From Truepera sp. (GTDB lineage: Bacteria > Deinococcota > Deinococci > Deinococcales > Trueperaceae): a stretch of DNA of 64,000 bases. Position numbers and translations under genes: made by a program. This document shows positions 10,379 to 20,124 of this stretch, one piece after another. Every line of letters begins with the position of its first letter. Position 1 is the stretch's first letter. The notes below the pieces were generated by a model. It searched no databases. It had not been told where the DNA came from and saw only the letters and a list, made by a program, of their open reading frames with translations. The stretch is taken from NCBI GenBank assembly GCA_965218435.1, contig CBDCKW010000009.1, positions 544,001-608,000 of the forward strand, written 5' to 3'.

Positions 10379-11353
10379 ATGAAACTTCACGTGAACGTGC
10401 CCGAGTGGGCCGCCGCCATCGTCTCCGACCTGACCGATATGGACCGGAATCCGCACCCGGTAGACGCCCGTAAAGTCTCGAGCTTCGCTCTCGAGTTACC
10501 CGACGACGTGTATTTCGAGTACGCCTTTTTAGACGAAGCAAGCAAGATGCGTGCCGATCCCGAGCGCGAAGAACGCGCCGACAACCCCTGGTATAAAGAA
10601 GTCAGGGCCGTTTACGGCCCTGAGTATTACCCCAATCCTTACGCCGACCCTGATGAGCTGCCGACCGGGGAGACGAAGAGATTGAGGCTCGAGTCCCGCC
10701 ACCTAAATCAGACCAAACGTGTCAGTATCTACACGCCTAAAGGTTACGAAGACGAGCCCTTACCCACTGTTTACGTGCAAGACGGCGTGGCGCTGTACCG
10801 CTACGTCAAACTGCACCTGATCTTAGAAAACCTGTTGCGGGACGGCCTGGTACGTCCGGCGCAGCTGGTATTTCTCGAGCCCACCGACCGCACGCAAGAG
10901 TACGGCTTTAACGACCTCTATCAAAAATTTGTTTTAGAGGAAGCCCTTCTGGAAGTTGAGCAAACTGTTGCTGTCACGGACGAGCGAATTGCGTTAGGTG
11001 CAAGCTTAGGTGGCCTTGCCAGTGTGCTTTTAGCTCTAAATGACCCCAACTTATTTCGCGCCGTGGTGACGTTTTCGGGGGCCTTTTTGGGCTCCCCGGA
11101 TGACAGAGACTTTTACCGCAGCGAGCAGTCGTGGGTGCTGGATGAGCTTAAGAAACGGGACACGTTGCCGCTGCGTTTTTACACCGAAGTCGGAACCCTG
11201 GAGTGGCTTACGGACATCAACCGTAAAGTGGCTCGAGTCCTAGACGAAAGAGGCTATGAACACGTTTACGCCGAGCGCAGTGCGGGGCACAACTGGACGA
11301 ACTGGAAAAACGGCTTTCAGGGAGCGTTGACGTTTGCGTTAGCCGTAAAATAA
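10379..11353 (+). CDS. putative esterase, alpha/beta hydrolase (Fes/enterochelin esterase-like)
   Basis: YTPKGY, YVQDG, nucleophile GASLGG, GHNWTNW. Confidence 0.8.
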   Translation: MKLHVNVPEWAAAIVSDLTDMDRNPHPVDARKVSSFALELPDDVYFEYAFLDEASKMRADPEREERADNPWYKEVRAVYGPEYYPNPYADPDELPTGETKRLRLESRHLNQTKRVSIYTPKGYEDEPLPTVYVQDGVALYRYVKLHLILENLLRDGLVRPAQLVFLEPTDRTQEYGFNDLYQKFVLEEALLEVEQTVAVTDERIALGASLGGLASVLLALNDPNLFRAVVTFSGAFLGSPDDRDFYRSEQSWVLDELKKRDTLPLRFYTEVGTLEWLTDINRKVARVLDERGYEHVYAERSAGHNWTNWKNGFQGALTFALAVK

Positions 11354-11354
11354 A

Positions 11355-11681
11355 TTGATGGGCGAAGTTGTGCTGACAATCCACGATGACCTGAAACTCG
11401 TCCGGCAGCTTGTATTAGGCGGTTTGGGTGACGCTCCGGCAAGGGTGTACTTATTCGGCTCACGCGCCACCGGAAACGCTCGCCCCGCCTCGGATATTGA
11501 CGTGGCGGTGTGGCCCCTCGCTGAGTTGCCGGTTGGGACACTCGCACTCATCCGTGAAGCCTTAGAAGAAAGTCTGATTCCGTTCACCGTAGACCTTGTA
11601 GATTTATGCAATACCGATGACGCGTTTCGGGCTCGAGTCCTGGCCGAAGGGATAGCGTGGCACGAACCCAAGAACGCTTAG
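11355..11681 (+). CDS. MNT (minimal nucleotidyltransferase) antitoxin, MntA-like
   Basis: LFGSRATGNARPASDIDVAV (GS-x10-DxD); overlaps downstream HEPN gene. Confidence 0.88.
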   Translation: MMGEVVLTIHDDLKLVRQLVLGGLGDAPARVYLFGSRATGNARPASDIDVAVWPLAELPVGTLALIREALEESLIPFTVDLVDLCNTDDAFRARVLAEGIAWHEPKNA

Positions 11682-12052
11682 CCGTTGCCCGTAAAGCACT
11701 CGGGACATTGCAAACACTGCTGCTTACAGACGTGACAGATGTCGTCAGAGACGCAGCGATTCAGCGGTTTGAGTACAGCTTTGAAGCGACCTGGAAGGTG
11801 GCGCAGGCATATTTATCTGAAGTCGAGGGGTTGGGGGCCGCGTCACCTCGAGCAACGATTCGCGCGTCTCTCGAAGTTGGCATGCTGGACGAAACCGCCA
11901 CCCGCCTTGCCCTCAAAATGGTTGACGACCGTTTGAGCGTTCACACCTATAACGAAGCGTTGGCTGAAGCAATTTTTGACCGACTCGGCGAACACGCACA
12001 GGTGATGGCGGTGTGGCTTGACGTGATGGAACACAATGTTGAGGAATCCTAG
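11657..12052 (+). CDS. HEPN toxin / nucleotidyltransferase substrate-binding (HI0074-like) protein with shortened active-site motif
   Basis: RDAAIQRFEYSFEATWK, SPRATIR; motif reads DDRLSVHTY (R-x3-H) instead of the usual DDRNxxxHTY. Confidence 0.85.
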   Translation: MARTQERLAVARKALGTLQTLLLTDVTDVVRDAAIQRFEYSFEATWKVAQAYLSEVEGLGAASPRATIRASLEVGMLDETATRLALKMVDDRLSVHTYNEALAEAIFDRLGEHAQVMAVWLDVMEHNVEES

Positions 12053-12104
12053 TTATCTTTCTTTCGTACAGCCTAAGACCTCTTCACCGCGCTAAACTAA
12101 GCTT

Positions 12105-12303
12105 ATGACGCAAACCTTAAAAGCTCGAGGCTCTCCCCGAACCGCTGCAAAAAGAGGTTGAGGACTTCGTTGACTCTTTGCTGTCCAAACGTGCCGCAGC
12201 GCAGCCAAAAGGGGTTTCTTTTTCTTGGGCCGGGGGTTTGCGCGATTTGAAGGACGGAACGACTTCTGTTGATTTGCAGCATCAGGCTTCGGAGTGGCGC
12301 TAG
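12105..12303 (+). pseudogene. DUF2281-type antitoxin-like gene, frameshifted after codon 5
   Basis: ATG 12105 (TAAACT 6 nt upstream) is out of frame with KLEALPEPLQKEVEDFVDSLLSK...WAGGLRDLKDGTTSVDLQHQASEWR* (12121-12303). Confidence 0.7.
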
Positions 12304-12352
12304 GTGGTTCCAAAAAAAGACGCGCTCTATAACGAAAACTCTCGAGCTTGAT

Positions 12353-12615
12353 ATGGGACGCTATGACGAGCTGCTCTTTCAAGTGCTTAGAGGTACTTCA
12401 GACGCCAACATCACGTTTAGAGACCTAATCACCTGCTCAGCTACCTAGGATTTGGCGAGAGGGTACGCGGTAGCCACCATATTTTTAGACGCGCAGGTGT
12501 CGAAGAACGTATCAACTTGCAACGAGACGGCAGCCAAGCTAAGCCGTATCAGGTGAAGCAGGTTCGCGCCGTTATTGTTAAGTACGGTTTAGGAGGAGAC
12601 GATGCTGAAGTATGA
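12353..12615 (+). pseudogene. hicA: HicA toxin, frameshifted
   Basis: MGRYDELLFQVLRGTSDANITFRDL then shift near 12427 to NHLLSYLGFGERVRGSHHIF...INLQRDGSQAKPYQVKQVR; one base missing. Confidence 0.85.
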
Positions 12616-12814
12616 AGTCATCATTTTTTGGAGCAATGACGATGACGCCTTTATCGCCGAGGTTCCTGAACTGCCGGGGTGCGCGGCTCACGGTGACACG
12701 CCCGAAGCTGCGCTGAGCCAAGCGCAAGAAGCGATGCAGCTCTCCCTCGAGACCGCCCAAGGATTCGGCGATCCTATCCCGGAGCCCAAAGGCCGCCGCT
12801 TGCTGTTCGCTTAA
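12602..12814 (+). CDS. hicB: HicB antitoxin (short form)
   Basis: YEVIIFWSNDDDAFIAEVPELPGCAAHGDTPEAAL...IPEPKG; RBS AGGAGG upstream. Confidence 0.9.
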   Translation: MLKYEVIIFWSNDDDAFIAEVPELPGCAAHGDTPEAALSQAQEAMQLSLETAQGFGDPIPEPKGRRLLFA

Positions 12815-12912
12815 TGTCTCTGCAACTCATCAGTCAGTACCAAGCGAAGCTCGAGCGTCTCATCGCTTACGGCGGTTCCCGCACTAAAAACCTCCGTGCC
12901 GAAGAAATATAG
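12814..12912 (+). pseudogene. 5' stub of a type ISP/IIG-like restriction-modification gene
   Basis: TAATG coupling to hicB; MSLQLISQYQAKLERLIAYGGSR resembles the N-terminus of these N6-methyltransferase-endonucleases; stops after 32 codons. Confidence 0.6.
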
Positions 12913-12945
12913 GCACGGAAGAAACAACACTTTGTGCAGATAATA

Positions 12946-14121
12946 TCAGTACGTTCCAGAGGCTGTAGCAATAACGTAAGCGCCTGACGACGAAGTTTCT
13001 TTGTAGATATTGCCCCGCTTGTAGATGCGAACGGTCACTTCGCCCCGATTACACTGATTTTGTGCGCTGATGTACAAGAAGGTGCCTCTACGAACGCCGC
13101 TCTCAACGGTGTAGACATAGCCGTTACCAAAGTCGCGCTGAGCGGTTCCGCCGTCTGCTGTGGCGTAGGTTGTCAAAACGCGCCCACAATCTGAGTTGAC
13201 CCAATATCGCAAGGCTGCTTCTTGAGGCTCCGGTGGTTTGGGGTCTTGTACCATTATCTTTACACTCGCGTCATCACTCCCGTCGGTATTGGTCGCCGTG
13301 AGCGTGTAAGTTGTAGATTTTCCTGGTTTAACCGCGACATCCGAGCCTGTCACTTTGCCTACATCAGGAGAGATGCTCAAGGTATCTGCATCATCAACAT
13401 TCCAGCTCAAGGTAACTGAGTCGCCGGTTTCGATTGACCCCAAGCTCGCCGTGAAGCTGTTGATGACGGGAGGCTTTAAGACAGGCTCTGGGTCAGTAGG
13501 TGGAGTCGGCGGTGTCGGGTCGTTCGGCGGGGTGGGCTCAGTTGGAGGGGTTGGCGTTGTTGGCGGTTCAACCGGTGCCGGTTGTAAGGCCCTTGCTTCA
13601 CCCATGCGAGTCGCTAAGATATAACCTTCTATAAATGCATCTGAGCTGTCCAGCATCTCGCCGGACCCCTCGATGACTTGTCTACCTTGCGAATCTGTAG
13701 CGGCCATATTGTCCGTATCGTCGCCGGTAAAGAACAATTCACCATCAAGTATGGACACTGATAGTGCCACTCTGCCGGAGCTATATTTGAAGTCTCCAAT
13801 AAGACCAAAACCTTTTGTGGTAGCGCCACTGACGTAATCGCATACGGTACTGCTTTGGCAGACTATTGCCAAGCCAGCTCCCCGAGTAATCCCATCGGAA
13901 GTCACCTCACGGGTGATGTTAAGTGCATAGGTGGAAACCTCACCACTTGCGCTCGAGACAAAAGAAACACGCCACTCGCCTGCAAACGGTATGGCGTTAG
14001 GATCGTTGGGTGTTTCCGAGGGTGAGCTGGTTGGCGGCTCTTCTGGTGGTGTGGGTATATCAGTCTGACTGCCGCACGCGGCGAGTAAAAAAACGAAGGC
14101 CAAGGGCAAAACTCGTCTCAT
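12946..14121 (-). CDS. secreted lipoprotein with Pro/Thr linker, Ig/PKD-like domain and C-terminal MmpS-like beta domain
   Basis: RBS AGGAGA, start MRRVLPLAFVFLLAACGS (lipobox), PPT repeats, PVINSFTAS...TLSWNV...TTYTLTATN. Confidence 0.72.
   Translation of the reverse strand: MRRVLPLAFVFLLAACGSQTDIPTPPEEPPTSSPSETPNDPNAIPFAGEWRVSFVSSASGEVSTYALNITREVTSDGITRGAGLAIVCQSSTVCDYVSGATTKGFGLIGDFKYSSGRVALSVSILDGELFFTGDDTDNMAATDSQGRQVIEGSGEMLDSSDAFIEGYILATRMGEARALQPAPVEPPTTPTPPTEPTPPNDPTPPTPPTDPEPVLKPPVINSFTASLGSIETGDSVTLSWNVDDADTLSISPDVGKVTGSDVAVKPGKSTTYTLTATNTDGSDDASVKIMVQDPKPPEPQEAALRYWVNSDCGRVLTTYATADGGTAQRDFGNGYVYTVESGVRRGTFLYISAQNQCNRGEVTVRIYKRGNIYKETSSSGAYVIATASGTY
13490..13570 (-). repeat. imperfect tandem repeats encoding PPT/PTP linker
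   Basis: PPTTPTPPTEPTPPNDPTPPTPPTDPEP. Confidence 0.7.
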
Positions 14122-14212
14122 CAGTCTCCTCTTATACTGTTCCAAAATTTGGAACGGCAAAACCTGCGCCACTACATCCCCGTTGTTAGTATCCGCAGGG
14201 AAATAATACCTT

Positions 14213-14659
14213 ATGAGTGGTAGCTGGCGTAAAGATGAGTTGGCGTGGAATCAAAGGTTACTTGAGCTGCATCTGAACTTTGAAACGGTAGAGCCGTATC
14301 CGCTTCACAGAACTGATTTGCCGAACGTCAAAAATCCTAAGGCGAAACTCAAAGCAGACAAGGCGGCGGGTGACATCATCCTTGATACTCAGACGACGCT
14401 TTCCGGGGTTCCGGCGGCGGCGTGGGATTATAAGTTGAGGAGTAGGTCGGGGCTCGAGTGGGTTCTGGAGCGGTACAAAGAGCGGGTCCCGAAGGAAGGC
14501 CATAGGCATACGCCGAAAGATAAAACGGTGGCGGAGCGGTTTAATACCTACCGGTTTGCGGACTATAAAGAGGAGGTGATTTTGCTTTTACGGCGGGTGT
14601 GTGCGGTGAGTGTGGCAACTGAGAAAATTGTAGGGGAGATGGCGAGCGTAAACGAGTAA
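14213..14659 (+). pseudogene. 3' remnant of a type ISP-like RM gene (C-terminal specificity region)
   Basis: LLELHLNFETVEPYPL...KLKADK...AWDYKL..RSGLEWVLERYKE...FNTYRFADYKEEVI.LL.RV..VSV.T; methyltransferase core absent. Confidence 0.78.
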
Positions 14660-14668
14660 ACTAACTTT

Positions 14669-15088
14669 ATGCCGCTAAAGTTGGACAAAAAAGCAATAAC
14701 GGATTTTTTGAGGGCGCATCAGAGTGAACTGCGTGGTTTGGGCGTCTCACGTTTAGGTTTGTTCGGTTCGTTCGTAAGGGATGAAGCAACATCGGAAAGT
14801 GATGTAGATATTCTCGTTGAATTTGAGGCGGGCAAAAAGAGCTTTGCGGCGTTTATAGAGTTGGCGTTTTGGCTCGAGGACGCCCTGCAGCGACCTGTCG
14901 AACTCGTGACACCTGAATCGCTGAGTCCTTATCTGGCACCTCATATTTTGCCTACGGTTGAGTATGTGTTTGAATCTCAAGACGTTATCCTTCACCGTCT
15001 CAGGGCGCGTTATCAAGATATTTCGGGCAGCTTGGCAACTGAGCTTTTAGCAGAGCGACGTGTTGAGGCGGGGCTCGAGCACAAATAA
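14669..15088 (+). CDS. MNT nucleotidyltransferase antitoxin with extra C-terminal tail; no HEPN/DUF86 partner
   Basis: LGLFGSFVRDEATSESDVDILVEF...ELVTPESLSPY; extra tail SLATELLAERRVEA. Confidence 0.8.
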   Translation: MPLKLDKKAITDFLRAHQSELRGLGVSRLGLFGSFVRDEATSESDVDILVEFEAGKKSFAAFIELAFWLEDALQRPVELVTPESLSPYLAPHILPTVEYVFESQDVILHRLRARYQDISGSLATELLAERRVEAGLEHK

Positions 15089-15136
15089 ACCCGTCTCACC
15101 CTAACTTTCTACTCGGGCGTGAGCTACCATAAGCCT

Positions 15137-16558
15137 ATGGACAATTCCGACAACACCATAGACAACATCTTTGAGAACCGCGACTACCGCACCGAGAAAG
15201 ACACAATGGGCGAAATCCGGGTCCCAGTGGACGTGTACTGGGGCGCACAGACGCAGCGGAGCTTGGAGAACTTCAAAATCGGCGGACAAAAGATGCCCTT
15301 AGAGGTCATCCACGCTTTCGCCGTCCTTAAAAAAGCTGCTGCTCTCACCAACGCCGAGCTGGGCGTGTTGCCACAAGACAAAGCCGACATCATCGCCCAA
15401 GTCTGTGACGAGATGTTAGCGGGGCAACACGACGAGCAGTTTCCGCTGGTGGTGTGGCAGACGGGCTCAGGCACGCAGTCGAACATGAACGTCAACGAGG
15501 TCGTGTCGAACCGGGCGATTGAGCTTTTGGGCGGCGACATCGGGTCACAGACGCCGATTCATCCGAACGACGACGTAAACAGATCACAATCTAGTAATGA
15601 TACCTTTCCGACAGCCATGTCTATCGCCGCATACACTGCTATCGCCCAAGGGACGCTGCCGGGTGTCCGGGTGTTGCAAAAGACCTTGGCCGACAAAGCC
15701 GAAGCGTTTAACGAGATTGTCAAAATCGGCCGCACGCACCTGATGGACGCGACGCCGCTCACGTTGGGCCAAGAGCTGTCGGGCTACGCGGCACAGCTTA
15801 CGAAGAGCATCCAAGCCGTCGAAAATACGCTGCCGCACCTCGCCGAACTCGCGCTTGGCGGGACGGCGGTCGGGACCGGACTGAACGCACCTGAAGGCTT
15901 TGCTGAACGTGTCGCCGAGGTGATTGCCGAACTGACCGGCAAGCCGTTCGTTACCGCCGAAAATAAGTTCGAGGCGCTCTCTGCTCATGACGCGGTGGTC
16001 GAGGCGTCGGGTGCCCTCAAGCGGCTCGCTGTCAGCTTGATGCACATTGCCAACAACATGCGTTTGTTAGCCTCCGGGCCGCGCTGCGGTATCGGAGAAA
16101 TCACCATTCCGGCGAATGAACCGGGCAGCTCGATTATGCCCGGAAAGGTCAACCCGACGCAGGCCGAAGCCATGACGATGGTCTGTGCTCAGGCGATTGG
16201 CTGTGACGCGGCGATTACGGTAGCCGGAACGCACGGGCACTTTCAGCTCAACGTCTTTAAGCCGGTGATGATCTATAACCTCTTGCTGTCGGCGCAGCTT
16301 TTAGGTGACGCCTGCCGCTCGTTTAACGATAACTGTGCGGTCGGGATTGAGCCCAACGAAACCCGGATTCGTGAACACCTCAACAATTCGCTGATGCTGG
16401 TGACGGCGCTCAACACCCATATCGGCTACTACAAAGCCGCGCAGATTGCCAAAACCGCGCACGCAGAGAACTTGACCTTAAAAGAGGCGGCGGTCAAGTT
16501 GGGACACCTGTCTGAAGCGGAGTTTGACGAGTTGGTGGTGCCGGAGAAAATGGTCTAG
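15137..16558 (+). CDS. fumC: class II fumarate hydratase
   Basis: [47 protein letters not shown] 6 nt before ATG 15137. Confidence 0.97.
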   Translation: MDNSDNTIDNIFENRDYRTEKDTMGEIRVPVDVYWGAQTQRSLENFKIGGQKMPLEVIHAFAVLKKAAALTNAELGVLPQDKADIIAQVCDEMLAGQHDEQFPLVVWQTGSGTQSNMNVNEVVSNRAIELLGGDIGSQTPIHPNDDVNRSQSSNDTFPTAMSIAAYTAIAQGTLPGVRVLQKTLADKAEAFNEIVKIGRTHLMDATPLTLGQELSGYAAQLTKSIQAVENTLPHLAELALGGTAVGTGLNAPEGFAERVAEVIAELTGKPFVTAENKFEALSAHDAVVEASGALKRLAVSLMHIANNMRLLASGPRCGIGEITIPANEPGSSIMPGKVNPTQAEAMTMVCAQAIGCDAAITVAGTHGHFQLNVFKPVMIYNLLLSAQLLGDACRSFNDNCAVGIEPNETRIREHLNNSLMLVTALNTHIGYYKAAQIAKTAHAENLTLKEAAVKLGHLSEAEFDELVVPEKMV

Positions 16559-16559
16559 C

Positions 16560-17048
16560 ATGATCGAACTGCTACCGATGACGAAGGACGAGTTTGAGGG
16601 GTATTTAGCCGGAGCGATAAAAAACTACGCCGACGAAAAGGTCAAGGCGGGCAATTGGCCTGCTGAAGGTGCGCTCGAGAGCTCAGAACGCGACTATCTC
16701 AGCTTGCTTCCTAAAGGCGTCGCCTCAAAAGACCAGCACCTGTTTTCGCTTAAAGATACAGCGACCGGTCAAAACGCCGGGATGATCTGGTTTGCGGTTC
16801 GAGAACAAGCTGGACAGCAAACCGCCTTTATCTACGACTTTTCTGTTGACGAAGCGTTTCGGGGAAAAGGTTATGGCCAGGGGGCGCTGAGGGGCCTCGA
16901 GCAAAAAGTTAAAGCTCTAGGCGTTACGTCTATTTCGCTGCATGTGTTTGGTCATAACCGCGCGGCCTGGGCGCTTTACGAAAAGCTTGGTTACGAAGTC
17001 ACCAACGTCAATATGACCAAGCGGATAGGAGCAATAAGTACCGAGTGA
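16560..17048 (+). CDS. GNAT acetyltransferase
   Basis: FRGKGYGQ acetyl-CoA motif, LHVFGHN..A..LYEKLGY. Confidence 0.88.
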   Translation: MIELLPMTKDEFEGYLAGAIKNYADEKVKAGNWPAEGALESSERDYLSLLPKGVASKDQHLFSLKDTATGQNAGMIWFAVREQAGQQTAFIYDFSVDEAFRGKGYGQGALRGLEQKVKALGVTSISLHVFGHNRAAWALYEKLGYEVTNVNMTKRIGAISTE

Positions 17049-17082
17049 CGAGGCTTTAAGCTTTTACTCATTGCTCACCACT

Positions 17083-17772
17083 TTACTTCCTCTGATCAAT
17101 CCGCTCGGCGTCTTGCGGAATATCACGGAGTTCGGCGGGGTCTAGGCCGGTGTCGAGCTGGTAGTCTTGAAACTTGAGCTCGGCCAAAGAGTCGCCGCTG
17201 CGCTGGACAAAGGTCATCGTTTCAGGGAGCCACTGATTATCTAAAATCGTCGCGTTCACGTAGCCGATGTTGGCCCCTTTGTCGAGGTTGTCAAAACGCA
17301 GATTATAAACCGGGCCGTCCGGTGAGTCTTTGTAGCCCTTGACGGTCGCTTTCCAGTTGTCCGAGCTAAAAAAGTTGCCTAAGTCGGGGGTCAAGTTGAT
17401 ACTGCCCTGCGCCGCATCCTGAGGCAACAGGCCGCCCAAAGCCTCGGGATCGTTCGCATTTAGAATGGTGATCTGGTTGGTGACGAAAAGATAGTTGTAA
17501 ACCGTTCTACCGTCTACGATGATAAAGTTGTCGGCTAGCGCGTCGGGTTGGTTAAAGTAGGCTCTGGCAAGCTCTTGGCCGGGGATAAACTGAATGTCAA
17601 CATCAAGTGTGATCTTTTGCCCATCGGTATCAAAGAGCGTCCCGGTCAAACGGAAGCTGGCGTCCTGGAGCGAGTTGCTCTTCGCCTCGAGCTTTCCTAA
17701 AACTTCGTTGGCGCTCAGGTTCTGGGCGAAGGCGAAAGGTACGAGTAGGGTTAGGGTTAAAATCCACTTCAT
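17083..17772 (-). CDS. LolA-like outer-membrane lipoprotein carrier/sorting protein
   Basis: Signal peptide (AFA/Q), PDALADNFII.DG..VYNYLFVTNQI. Confidence 0.7.
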   Translation of the reverse strand: MKWILTLTLLVPFAFAQNLSANEVLGKLEAKSNSLQDASFRLTGTLFDTDGQKITLDVDIQFIPGQELARAYFNQPDALADNFIIVDGRTVYNYLFVTNQITILNANDPEALGGLLPQDAAQGSINLTPDLGNFFSSDNWKATVKGYKDSPDGPVYNLRFDNLDKGANIGYVNATILDNQWLPETMTFVQRSGDSLAELKFQDYQLDTGLDPAELRDIPQDAERIDQRK

Positions 17773-18049
17773 CAGGGTCTCCTCGAGGGTTGGCTATGGA
17801 CGGTTGGGTGGTTGCGCACTGCTCTACACTACCGCACACGCATAGGTCAAAGAGGTATGGCTCACGCCGCTAAAGCTTAGATGAGCTTACGTTAAAGAGG
17901 TGCTAAACGCCTCTGCGCAGCGACATGAAGGTGCGTTTAGGACCTGCACACGCGAGCTTTTGCAATCGGTGTGCTAGCCTCACGTCGTCAATGTTTAAGG
18001 GTAAGCTGCAATAAAGTAAGAACTTGACACGAATATGAGAGGAGAAAAG

Positions 18050-19297
18050 ATGCGTACTTTAGCCTTTTTGGGGTTGATAGGACTGTTGCCGGTCGTGCAG
18101 GCGCAGGGGGCGGTACTGAGCCCCGAAGCGATTGTCGTCAATCCGGTACCGGCTTATGAAGTTCAGGTGTCCACGCAAGACCTTGACGGCAATACGAAGA
18201 CGAACTTCGCCGTCGGTGAGGCCATCCGCGTAAGTGTAAGGGTTACCGAAGACGCCTACGTGTACCTGTTTGACGTTCGTTCAGACGGTTCGATCAACCA
18301 GATTTTACCGAACAGATACGACGCGAACGGTCAAAACAACTTCGTCCGGGCAGACGAGACGAAGTACTTTCCGCCGGAAGGGGCACAGTACAATTTTACG
18401 GCTGCGGCACCGGCAGGGGTAGATAAGGTGATCGCAGTCGCGAGTCAGACGCCGCTTGACACGTCAACTTTAGCAACCTTTCAGCAAGACCCGAATTTTG
18501 CCTCGAGCAACCTCGGCGAACAAGATTTTGCCGAAGGGCTCTCGGTCATCGTTCGGCCCTTGCCGCAAAACGATTGGGTCACCGACACTGTGCTGGTCTA
18601 CGTCGGCGGGGCCGAGGCTCCGGCTCAGACGCAGCAAGTCGGTACCATCACCGTAACGTCCGACCCGGTTGGGGCGAGAGTTCTCATTGACGACCTGGCT
18701 GTCGGGACGACGCCGCTGCGTTACAGCGTGCTGAGCGGAACCCACCGCGTCCGGGTTGAGGCCGAGGGCTACAGCACCTTTGAGACGAACCTGGACGTGG
18801 TCGCGGGTGAAACCAGAGGGGTGCAAACGACGCTGCAAGCAGAACAGCCCGCGCAACCACTGGGTCAAGCCGGGTTTGACAGCACGCCGAGCGGCGCAGA
18901 GGTCTATGTTGACGGGCAACTCGTCGGGACGACGCCGATGACTAACGTCCGCCTTACAGCCGGAGAGCATCAGGCACGGTTTGTGCTAGACAGCGTTGGC
19001 GAAGATACCATCACCTTTACGGTGAGAGCAGGCAGCTATCAGAATGTCAGCGGGGTTTTGCAAGCTCAGCAGGGGACCTTGGAGCTGACCGGCAACGTCG
19101 GCGGGGCGAACGTCTTTATCGACGGGTCGCGTGCCGGAACGATTCCCAACGGTAGCGGCCGCCTCAGTTTTGATAATCTCTCACCGGGCAAGCACGAGAT
19201 TACGGTGACCGCGCCGGGGTACAGCACCTTCGTCGGCGAGTTTGAGATTTTAGCGGGGCAAGCGACGTCTTTAACGGTGTCACAGAGGAGTCGCTAA
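18050..19297 (+). CDS. secreted DUF4384 + PEGA-domain (S-layer-related) protein
   Basis: Signal peptide, DAYVYLF..SDG..QILPN (DUF4384), three PEGA repeats (SDPVGARV.ID..GTTP); RBS AGGAG. Confidence 0.82.
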   Translation: MRTLAFLGLIGLLPVVQAQGAVLSPEAIVVNPVPAYEVQVSTQDLDGNTKTNFAVGEAIRVSVRVTEDAYVYLFDVRSDGSINQILPNRYDANGQNNFVRADETKYFPPEGAQYNFTAAAPAGVDKVIAVASQTPLDTSTLATFQQDPNFASSNLGEQDFAEGLSVIVRPLPQNDWVTDTVLVYVGGAEAPAQTQQVGTITVTSDPVGARVLIDDLAVGTTPLRYSVLSGTHRVRVEAEGYSTFETNLDVVAGETRGVQTTLQAEQPAQPLGQAGFDSTPSGAEVYVDGQLVGTTPMTNVRLTAGEHQARFVLDSVGEDTITFTVRAGSYQNVSGVLQAQQGTLELTGNVGGANVFIDGSRAGTIPNGSGRLSFDNLSPGKHEITVTAPGYSTFVGEFEILAGQATSLTVSQRSR

Positions 19298-19366
19298 GGC
19301 CGGTACTGAAGCCTACGCTGAGGTTAGGGCGACGGGAATAGCGAGCGCCGCGTTAGACTAGCCCTC

Positions 19367-20122
19367 ATGTCCGCTTCTGAACGTGCCGCGCTACCTGAGT
19401 CCGTCACTGCTGTTGTCCTCGGTGGGGGCGGCGGTGACGCACTGTCTCAGGCAGCGGGGGTCTCAGCCAAAGCCTTGGTGCTGTTTAGGGGTCAACCGCT
19501 CGTCTCCTATGTGCTGGGGGCTTTGTGCCAGAGTGCTAAAGTCGAGCGTATTGTCTACGTCGGTGAAGCGACCCCCGCCATTACTGCGCAGACCGCGCAG
19601 GTTTTACCCGCCGGAGAAACCTTCATGCAGAGCTTTTCGGTCGGCCTCGAGGCGGCCCTGGCCCTTGCTCCAAGGAGCCTGGTGCTCGTCACGACTGCCG
19701 ACTTACCGTGGCTCCGCGCGGCAGTTTTAGACGACTTTTTGGCGGCTGCTGCGGGCGCGGCGCTCACTTATCCGGTTGTCCGCAAAGAAACGGCGTTAGC
19801 ACAGTTTCCCGAACAGCAGCGCACCTTCGTCAAACTCAAAGATGGACGCTTTACCGGCGGCAACCTGATGCTTTTATCACCTGAAATGGTCCCGATTTTG
19901 TTGCCTTTTACCGAGCGCGCCTATCAGGGCCGTAAAAATCCGCTGGCGTTAGCAAGGCTTTTCGGCTTCGACTTTATCGTCAAACTAGCCGCCGGACAGC
20001 TGAGCCTGCGGGCGATTGAGGCGCGGGCTACGCGTATTTTGGGCTTGCCGGTCAGGGCGCTCGAGACGCCCCACGCCAGCATCGGCGCAGATGTAGACAA
20101 ACCGGAGCATTTAAGGGAGTAA
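19367..20122 (+). CDS. MobA-like nucleotidyltransferase (NTP transferase) family protein
   Basis: VLGGG...KAL, TADLPW, FTGGN, DVDKPE. Confidence 0.78.
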   Translation: MSASERAALPESVTAVVLGGGGGDALSQAAGVSAKALVLFRGQPLVSYVLGALCQSAKVERIVYVGEATPAITAQTAQVLPAGETFMQSFSVGLEAALALAPRSLVLVTTADLPWLRAAVLDDFLAAAAGAALTYPVVRKETALAQFPEQQRTFVKLKDGRFTGGNLMLLSPEMVPILLPFTERAYQGRKNPLALARLFGFDFIVKLAAGQLSLRAIEARATRILGLPVRALETPHASIGADVDKPEHLRE

Positions 20123-20124
20123 GG

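Noticed and set aside
10346..10456. N-terminal extension of the PatB-like ORF overlapping the esterase gene
   Set aside because: A -10 box and family length favour ATG 10345; the same applies to extensions at 2076, 14172, 21549 and 29539.
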